Below the pieces are notes generated by a model, which ran no database searches, was not told the origin of the DNA, and saw only the letters and a list, made by a program, of their open reading frames with translations. Below, piece after piece: positions 58,211 through 64,000 of a DNA stretch of 64,000 nucleotides. The DNA is taken from contig CACMEY010000001.1 of the NCBI GenBank assembly GCA_902612805.1, forward strand, positions 138,805 to 202,804, written 5' to 3'. The translations under genes and the position numbers were made by a program. The first letter of the stretch is position 1. Every line of letters begins with the position of its first letter. The DNA is from an uncultured Alphaproteobacteria bacterium. Its GTDB lineage: Bacteria > Pseudomonadota > Alphaproteobacteria > HIMB59 > GCA-002718135.

Positions 58211-59311
58211 ATGAAAATAGTTAAACTTGAAACATTCACAAAACCATATGTAAGTTTTGTAAAAATAACAGTTGAAGATGGTTCAATTGGTTATGGTCAA
58301 ATGTCAACTTATCATGCAGATATCACAGCTCAAATTTTTCATAAACAAGTAGCGCCCTGGGTTTTAGGAAAAGAATATTTTGATTTCGATGATTTAGAAG
58401 ATTTTATCTTTGAAAGAGAACATAAATTTCCAGGATCATATCTTTTACGTGCAATTGCTGGTTTAGATACAGCATTATGGGATTTGAAAGGTAAAATAGA
58501 AGGTAAACCAGTAGTTTCATTGATAGGAGGATCACCAGGAAACTTAAGAATTTATGGCTCATCAATGAAAAGAGATATTACACCAGAAGAAGAAGCAAAT
58601 AGATTCAAGAAACTCTTTGATGAAAAGGGCGTCGATGCATTTAAATTTAGAGTTGGTTCTGAATGCGGAAGAGGAGTTGATGAATGGGAAGGAAGAACAC
58701 CTAGTATAGTCAAAACAATAAATTCGACTTTAGATAATAGTGTAATTAAAATGGTTGATGCAAACAGTTGTTATAGCTCTATACAAGCAATAGAAATTGG
58801 TAAACTTTTAGAAGATAATAATGTTTCTCACTTTGAAGAACCTTGCCCTTACTGGAAACCAGAAGAAACCAAAAAAGTTACTGATAGTTTGAAGATAGAT
58901 GTTACTGGGGGAGAGCAAGATTGTGATCTAAGAATTTGGAGAGATATGGTTAAAAGAAAAATTGTGAATATTTTTCAGCCTGATGTTATGTATATGGGAG
59001 GCTTAACAAAAGCTTTGAAGGTTGCTAAAATTATTGAAAAGGGTGGTTTTATATGTACCCCACATACAGCTAATTTATCTTTAGTAACAATTTGCACAAT
59101 GCATTTTTTAAAAGCAATAAATAATTCAGGACCCTATCTTGAATTTTCAATTGAGGGTAAAGATTATTATCCTTGGCAACAGAATTTATTTTTAGGTGAT
59201 CCATTTAAGATTTCTAATGGAATGGTTAAAATTGAAGATACACCTGGTTGGGGAATAGAGATAAATCCAGACTGGTTGAATGGGGCTGAATATAAAAAAT
59301 TAGAAATATAG
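58211..59311 (+). CDS. Enolase-superfamily protein (mandelate racemase/muconate lactonizing type; probable acid-sugar dehydratase)
   Basis: Metal-ligand blocks VDANSCY, HFEEPC and TGGEQD; 366 aa. Confidence 0.75.
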   Translation: MKIVKLETFTKPYVSFVKITVEDGSIGYGQMSTYHADITAQIFHKQVAPWVLGKEYFDFDDLEDFIFEREHKFPGSYLLRAIAGLDTALWDLKGKIEGKPVVSLIGGSPGNLRIYGSSMKRDITPEEEANRFKKLFDEKGVDAFKFRVGSECGRGVDEWEGRTPSIVKTINSTLDNSVIKMVDANSCYSSIQAIEIGKLLEDNNVSHFEEPCPYWKPEETKKVTDSLKIDVTGGEQDCDLRIWRDMVKRKIVNIFQPDVMYMGGLTKALKVAKIIEKGGFICTPHTANLSLVTICTMHFLKAINNSGPYLEFSIEGKDYYPWQQNLFLGDPFKISNGMVKIEDTPGWGIEINPDWLNGAEYKKLEI

Positions 59312-59363
59312 ATATAGTACTTTTAAATTTGTGAAACTATCCTTATAATATATATATAAATAT

Positions 59364-59555
59364 ATGGCGACATATGAGTGTAAAAGTTGTGGAATGGCAG
59401 TAAATGCAACATGTGCAAAATGTAATGCACCTTTAGTAAATGATACTTTAAATAAAGACGATGGTAGTGTTGTTCAGATTTCTAAATGCCCTAATGATCA
59501 TGGTAAAATAAAATCACCTCTATGCTGTGGTCAGGATATGGTTTGCACTACTTAA
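59364..59555 (+). CDS. Small Cys-rich metal-binding protein (63 aa), desulforedoxin-like CxxC...CCGxxM pattern
   Basis: 8 Cys residues: C6xxC9, C17xxC20, C42, C54C55 and C61. It has its own AT-rich upstream spacer with TATAAT. Confidence 0.55.
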   Translation: MATYECKSCGMAVNATCAKCNAPLVNDTLNKDDGSVVQISKCPNDHGKIKSPLCCGQDMVCTT

Positions 59556-59599
59556 AACAATCAATTCTTTATTTATTAACTTAGCAATTTAAATATTTT

Positions 59600-60259
59600 A
59601 TGGTTAAAAATATAATTTTTGATTTTGATGGTGTCATAGTTGATAGTGAGGTACTGGCTTCTAAAGCATTTGCTAAATATTTCAAAAAATTTGGTCATTC
59701 TTTTAAAGAGGAACAATTTTACAAATATGCTGGAAAAAAAACAGTTGAAGTAATAGATTTATTATCTGCTAAATATCAGATTGAAAATAAAAAAAAATTT
59801 ACAAACGATATATTCGATATTGTTTCAGAAGTTTATTCCAAAGATTTAAAACCAGTAGATGGAGCAAAAGATTATATAAGTAAGTCAGAAAAAAATCATT
59901 TCATTGGATCTAATAGTAATAAGGATAGAATTCTTGATGGATTGAAACTTGTTGGCTTAGATAAATTTTTTTTAAGTGATCAAGTTTACTCATTTGATAT
60001 GGTTAAAAGACCAAAACCTGACCCAGATATATACTTAAAGGTTTTAAATGATAATTCACTTAATTTAGAAGAAACAGTTATTATTGAAGATAGTGGTGTG
60101 GGTGTCAAGGCTGCTACTGCTGCAGGAGTAAGAGTATTTGGGCTTATTGCAGGAAAACATTGGCATTCAAATAGAGATGAAAATGAATTATTTGACAATG
60201 GCGCTTTGGATGTATTTAGTGATTATGAAAGTCTAGGTAAGGCAATAGAGGAGCTCTAA
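59600..60259 (+). CDS. HAD-IA hydrolase (beta-phosphoglucomutase/phosphatase-like)
   Basis: Motif I IIFDFDGVIVDSE and motif IV IIEDSGVGVKAA. Confidence 0.8.
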   Translation: MVKNIIFDFDGVIVDSEVLASKAFAKYFKKFGHSFKEEQFYKYAGKKTVEVIDLLSAKYQIENKKKFTNDIFDIVSEVYSKDLKPVDGAKDYISKSEKNHFIGSNSNKDRILDGLKLVGLDKFFLSDQVYSFDMVKRPKPDPDIYLKVLNDNSLNLEETVIIEDSGVGVKAATAAGVRVFGLIAGKHWHSNRDENELFDNGALDVFSDYESLGKAIEEL

Positions 60260-60718
60260 ATGGGACCAGATGTTAAAGGAAATCCACTTTATATTTCAGT
60301 TTATCTTTTGATAGCTTCCTACATTTTAGGCGAATTTATTTTTCCGAAGTATCCACTTTTGTATTTCCTTAATCTTTTAGGAATATTAATTATTATTTTA
60401 ATGCCGATTATATTTTTTTCTTCAAGAAATGCTTTTCAGGCTCATGAAGAAAAATTACCTCCACAAACTGAAACAAATAAAATTATAAAAACTGGAATTT
60501 ATGCTTATTCAAGAAATCCAATTTATTTATGTTTTGTTTTATTTCACTTTGGAATGTTTCTTACTTTTGAAAACATTATGTATTTTCTTTGTTCTATTGG
60601 ATTATTTTTTTGGTTAAATAATTTTGTAATTTATGAAGAAGAAAAATACTTACAAGAAAAATTTGGTGATGAATTTGAAAGGTATTGTAATTCAGTTAAA
60701 AGATGGATTTTTTTCTAG
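60260..60718 (+). CDS. Membrane methyltransferase of the ICMT/PEMT family
   Basis: 4-5 TM segments, the YAYSRNPIYL motif, and a C-terminal EEEKYLQEKFGDEFERY. Confidence 0.7.
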   Translation: MGPDVKGNPLYISVYLLIASYILGEFIFPKYPLLYFLNLLGILIIILMPIIFFSSRNAFQAHEEKLPPQTETNKIIKTGIYAYSRNPIYLCFVLFHFGMFLTFENIMYFLCSIGLFFWLNNFVIYEEEKYLQEKFGDEFERYCNSVKRWIFF

Positions 60719-61575
60719 TTAAAATTTAATTTAGAAATTTTATGATTCTTTTCAAATTTAATCACAATCTGAGCTTTTTTATTTAAATCTTTAATCATCC
60801 ATTTACTTATCTTCTCATAATGTTGAATAAAAACTTTAATTTCATTTGGAGTCATTCTTTTTGATTTTTTATTTTTTGATTGATTAGTTTTTTCCTGCTT
60901 TAATCGCCATTTAAAAACATTATCAAAAGAGGATGTTTTCAAAAAAATAAATTCATCAAATAGTTTAAATAATTTTTTATATTCAAATTTTAATTGATTA
61001 TTATAGAAATTTCTCCATTGATATTCTGGGTCTTGAATTTTTTCTAAATTATTTATATTTTTATTGAGAATTTTTTTTGGAATCTCTGAACTTCCACAAC
61101 ACCAGCCTTCTAAGAAAAGAATATCACATTTAGTTTTAGTTATTTTTGTTGATTTTGATGTGTCATCAATCAACTTATCAAATACTGGGGTTTTAATGGG
61201 GTATTTATCTTTATCGAATTGTTTTATATTTTTAACTAATTTTCCAATATCATGTGTTCCTGGAACACCTCTAGTTATTAACAATTGATGTATTTGCTTT
61301 GATAATAGTAATCTTTGTTTTTTTGATAAATAATAATTATCTAAACTTAGTAAAAGTATTTTCTTATTATAAAATTTTTCAATAGTTTTAGAGATGATAT
61401 TAATAAATGATGATTTTCCAATACCTTGAGAACCTCCAAATAGGAATTTTTTTGATTTACTAGAGCAAATATAATTTATGATTGGAATTAATTTATCTTC
61501 AATGTACTTTTTGGAATATTTTTTATTATATGTTTTGTGTATTTCTATTTGAATATAGTCTATTAATGCACTCAT
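60715..61575 (-). CDS. P-loop kinase, D-glycerate 3-kinase (GLYK/TDA10)-like
   Basis: P-loop GGSQGIGKSSF, followed by LSLDNYYLSKKQR...TRGVPGTHD...LEGWCCG, as in plant/cyanobacterial GLYK. Confidence 0.6.
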   Translation of the reverse strand: MSALIDYIQIEIHKTYNKKYSKKYIEDKLIPIINYICSSKSKKFLFGGSQGIGKSSFINIISKTIEKFYNKKILLLSLDNYYLSKKQRLLLSKQIHQLLITRGVPGTHDIGKLVKNIKQFDKDKYPIKTPVFDKLIDDTSKSTKITKTKCDILFLEGWCCGSSEIPKKILNKNINNLEKIQDPEYQWRNFYNNQLKFEYKKLFKLFDEFIFLKTSSFDNVFKWRLKQEKTNQSKNKKSKRMTPNEIKVFIQHYEKISKWMIKDLNKKAQIVIKFEKNHKISKLNFN

Positions 61576-61607
61576 TTAATATTTATTTATAAACAAAATA
61601 CTTATAC

Positions 61608-62198
61608 ATGAAATTTCTTTTTGATTTAGGCGGTGTTTTTTTTGATTGGGACCCTCACTATTTTTATAAAGATGTAATTAAAGACAAAGAGGAAAGAGAC
61701 AATTTCCTTAATAATATTTGCAATGATGAATGGAATATCCAACAAGATGCTGGAAGACTTATAAAAGATGCAGAAAAAGATCTTATAAATTCTTATCCTG
61801 ATTATGAAGATAAAATTAAATTATATTATAAAAATCATCATAAAATGTTCAGAAAAATTTTTCAATACTCAGTTAATGTTTTAGATGATTTAAAAAATAA
61901 AAAGTATGAGTGTTATGTTTTGTCAAACTGGTCTTGGGAAACATTTCAAGATATGGATAAAAAATATCCATTCTTAAATAAATTTGATGGCCTAATAATA
62001 TCTGGAAAAGAAAAATTGGTTAAACCTAATGCTGAAATATATAAGTTAGCTACAAGTCGTTTTAATCTTATTCCCGAGGAAACTGTATTTATTGATGATA
62101 AAAATGAGAATATTGAGGCTGCAAAGAAACTTGGTTTTTTAACTATACATTTAACTGACCCTGAAATAATAATTCAAGAAATTAATAAATTTATTTAA
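61608..62198 (+). CDS. HAD-superfamily hydrolase (subfamily IA variant 3-like)
   Basis: Motif I FLFDLGGVFFDW, plus SNWS and FIDDKNENIEAAKKLG. Confidence 0.7.
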   Translation: MKFLFDLGGVFFDWDPHYFYKDVIKDKEERDNFLNNICNDEWNIQQDAGRLIKDAEKDLINSYPDYEDKIKLYYKNHHKMFRKIFQYSVNVLDDLKNKKYECYVLSNWSWETFQDMDKKYPFLNKFDGLIISGKEKLVKPNAEIYKLATSRFNLIPEETVFIDDKNENIEAAKKLGFLTIHLTDPEIIIQEINKFI

Positions 62199-62205
62199 TT
62201 TAAGT

Positions 62206-63357
62206 ATGAATGAAACTTTTGATATTTTAGTTATTGGCGGAGGTATTAATGGTGCTGGAATTGTAAGAGACGCCTCAGGAAGAAATTTAAAAGTTTGTTT
62301 AGTTGAAAAAAATACAGTCGGCTCAGCCACTTCATCTTGGTCTACAAAATTAATACATGGCGGATTAAGGTATCTTGAAAATTATGAATTTCGCCTTGTA
62401 CGCGAATCTCTCAAAGAAAGAGAAGTAATTAAAAAAATTGCCAGTAATATAACAACACCATTACCTTTTATTATACCTTATCAAAAATCATTAAGACCTA
62501 AATGGTTAATAAAATTAGGATTATTTTTATATGATAATATTGGTGGTAAAATGACTATCCCAAAATCTTCAACAATAAATATTAAAAAGGAAATCCCTAA
62601 TATTTTAAAAGATCAATTTAAAATTGGTTTCCAATATTATGATTTACAAGTTGACGATAAAAAACTTGTACAGTTAAATGTTGAAGATGCAAAGAAAAAA
62701 GGCGCTATGATTATTCAAAATAGAAAAGTTATAGACGCAAAACGAAATAAAAATATTTGGGATATAACTTTAGATGATAATACTGTACTTAAATCTAAAA
62801 TTCTTATAAATGCTGCCGGACCTTGGATAAATGAAGTTTTAAGCAATGTCATTAAATTAAATTCAAATAAATCAATTCGACTTGTAAAAGGAAGTCACAT
62901 AATAACTAAAAGTCTTTACACTCAGAAAAAAGCTTTTACTTTACAAAATGAAGATAACAGAATAATTTTTGTTATCCCTTATAAAGATGAATATTCTCTT
63001 ATTGGCACCACCGAAACAGAAGTTTTTTCACCAGAAAATCCAAAAATTGATGAAAGTGAAATTAATTATTTATTAAGTTCAGTAAATAAATATTTCATTA
63101 AACAAATATCGAGAGATGATGTGGTAAGTTCTTATTCTGGAATTAGACCACTTATTGAAGATTTCAAAGAAGCTTCAAAAGTTACTAGAGACTATATATT
63201 CGATTTAAATGAAGATAGTTCACAGGCGCCATTATTAAACATTTATGGTGGAAAACTAACGACGTATAGAAAATTAGCTGAAAATGTTCTCTTAACTCTT
63301 AATAAACATATTCCAATAAATAAAGAAAATTCTTGGACTGCAAAACAAAAACTATAA
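62206..63357 (+). CDS. glpD: FAD-dependent glycerol-3-phosphate dehydrogenase, short form lacking the C-terminal domain
   Basis: DILVIGGGINGAGIVRDASGRNL...SATSSWSTKLIHGGLRYLE closely parallels the E. coli GlpD N-terminus. At 383 aa it ends where E. coli GlpD continues for about 115 aa. Confidence 0.8.
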   Translation: MNETFDILVIGGGINGAGIVRDASGRNLKVCLVEKNTVGSATSSWSTKLIHGGLRYLENYEFRLVRESLKEREVIKKIASNITTPLPFIIPYQKSLRPKWLIKLGLFLYDNIGGKMTIPKSSTINIKKEIPNILKDQFKIGFQYYDLQVDDKKLVQLNVEDAKKKGAMIIQNRKVIDAKRNKNIWDITLDDNTVLKSKILINAAGPWINEVLSNVIKLNSNKSIRLVKGSHIITKSLYTQKKAFTLQNEDNRIIFVIPYKDEYSLIGTTETEVFSPENPKIDESEINYLLSSVNKYFIKQISRDDVVSSYSGIRPLIEDFKEASKVTRDYIFDLNEDSSQAPLLNIYGGKLTTYRKLAENVLLTLNKHIPINKENSWTAKQKL

Positions 63358-63365
63358 TTGGTATC

Positions 63366-63473
63366 CCTCTTAAATAACTTTTCAAATTTGGTGGGCAGAA
63401 AAGTTTTATAAGAGGAATACTTCTTATAGGAGGAAATAATATGAACCCTCTGCCCATATCTATTCTAGTTTAA
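63366..63473 (+). other. Candidate structured RNA element with SD plus a 10-codon mini-ORF (MNPLPISILV)
   Basis: Outer stem TGGGCAGA (63392-99) / TCTGCCCA (63449-56). Inner hairpin TATAAGA (63407-13) / TCTTATA (63422-28). Alternative pairing CCTCTTA (63366-72) / TAAGAGG (63409-15). AGGAGG at 63428-33 sits 7 nt before ATG 63441. Strand and function are uncertain. Confidence 0.25.
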
Positions 63474-63510
63474 ATTTATGATATTTATTGAAAATTTTAG
63501 AAAAAGGATG

Positions 63511-63536
63511 TATTGCCCCTTAAATTAGGGGCAATA
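63511..63536 (-). terminator. Terminator hairpin for the convergent ABC ATPase gene (possibly bidirectional)
   Basis: TATTGCCCCT-TAAATT-AGGGGCAATA (10-bp stem), 15 nt past the minus-strand stop. On the minus strand CATCCTTTTTCT follows it. Confidence 0.6.
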
Positions 63537-63551
63537 ATTAATACGATTCTA

Positions 63552-64000
63552 TTATTTAAATGCTTGTCCTGAACTATCAAATAATTGGCATCTACCAGCA
63601 GGAAAACCAACTTTCACAGTATCACCAACTTTAATTTCTGAATGTCCTTCAGTTTCAGCAACTAATGGTTCTCCGTCTTTTTCAAGGTATAGGTAAGTAA
63701 CGTCACCAAGTTTTTCTACAACGAATACTTTACTTTCCCAAGATCCATCTGCGTCACCATTTACTACTAAATGTTCTGGTCTAATTCCTAGGGTTACTGA
63801 ATCACCCTCTGAGGAGGATGCTGACATTTTAGAGACTGATATTTTTGACATTCCCATAATATCAACTTCTGTAGCATCAGAACTTTTGCTTAATATCTTA
63901 CTTGATATAAAATTCATTTTTGGTGATCCAATAAATCCACCCACGAACATATTATTAGGTCTATCATAAAGTTCTAATGGAGATCCTTTTTGTGAAACGA
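63552..64000 (-). CDS. MalK/UgpC/MsiK-type sugar ABC transporter ATPase, 3' part (5' end beyond the window)
   Basis: The frame stays open upstream of the listed Met: ...VSQKGSPLELYDRPNNMFVGGFIGSPKMNF. This is the conserved post-H-loop block followed by a TOBE/regulatory domain. Confidence 0.8.
   Translation of the reverse strand, partial: VSQKGSPLELYDRPNNMFVGGFIGSPKMNFISSKILSKSSDATEVDIMGMSKISVSKMSASSSEGDSVTLGIRPEHLVVNGDADGSWESKVFVVEKLGDVTYLYLEKDGEPLVAETEGHSEIKVGDTVKVGFPAGRCQLFDSSGQAFK

Noticed and set aside
524-61288. About 36 short ORFs (60-125 aa) in the track lying antisense to, or out of frame within, longer genes. Examples are 524-712, 2541-2732, 7628-7999, 9546-9848, 12307-12678, 29491-29772, 33147-33491, 42020-42286, 49342-49623 and 61064-61288.
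   Set aside because: All are fully embedded in well-supported CDS. They have low-complexity or odd composition (F/I/L/S-rich shadows of AT-rich codons) and lack recognisable motifs and start contexts. They are typical shadow ORFs.
1-64000. Search for CRISPR arrays, rRNA genes, IS elements, integrases and prophage genes
   Set aside because: I found no regularly spaced direct repeats, no terminal inverted repeats flanking ORFs and no recombinase-like ORFs. The only sizeable DNA repeat is the tandem permease duplication.

Overview
Very AT-rich (about 30% GC by eye) and extremely gene-dense window. I count about 62 credible CDS and one tRNA. There are many start/stop overlaps and most spacers are under 90 nt. 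I see no transcription factor, transposase, integrase, phage gene, rRNA or CRISPR array. Style and gene content fit a streamlined marine alphaproteobacterium of the SAR11/Pelagibacterales type (inference only).

Layout:
- 1-8.4 kb: housekeeping genes. These are the end of the rpoA-rplQ operon, crcB, a pseudouridine synthase, lipB, tRNA-Leu(GAG), mgtE, gshA-gshB, bioY and a Mak-like ROK kinase.
- 8.4-23.6 kb: a gabD-like ALDH divergent from an 8-gene plus-strand operon that runs straight into soxBDAG. The operon holds an amidinotransferase, a EutA/B/C-like trio, an orphan fold-type-II PLP enzyme, an M20 amidohydrolase, an M24 creatinase/ectoine-hydrolase-like protein with degenerate metal ligands, and a Ser/Cys proline-racemase-family protein.
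- 23.66-26.0 kb: a translationally coupled pair of proteins I cannot assign to any family (554 + 238 aa, minus strand). It is divergent from an M19 dipeptidase homologue with degenerate metal ligands.
- 27-39 kb: an EamA exporter, a PotABCD-type ABC importer and a Puu-like gamma-glutamylation set (DAO-family oxidase, ALDH, GS-like ligase), plus an extra ALDH and an Fe-ADH.
- 39-59 kb: a carbohydrate/amino-sugar island. It holds a UxaA dehydratase, 2 SDRs, 3 Gfo/Idh/MocA oxidoreductases, a butyrobetaine-hydroxylase-like dioxygenase, galK, a GH20 hexosaminidase, a CUT1-type ABC system with a tandemly duplicated MalG-type permease, two SIS proteins, nagA, a GMC oxidoreductase and an enolase-superfamily protein.
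- 59-64 kb: a small Cys-rich protein, two HAD hydrolases, an ICMT-like methyltransferase, a GLYK-like kinase, a short glpD, a 194-nt structured spacer and the 3' part of a MalK/UgpC-type ATPase.

Best candidates for something undescribed, in order: the unknown gene pair at 23656-26006; the non-canonical eut/amidinotransferase/sox super-cluster; the duplicated permease within the oxidoreductase-rich amino-sugar island; the structured spacer with a mini-ORF at 63358-63551.
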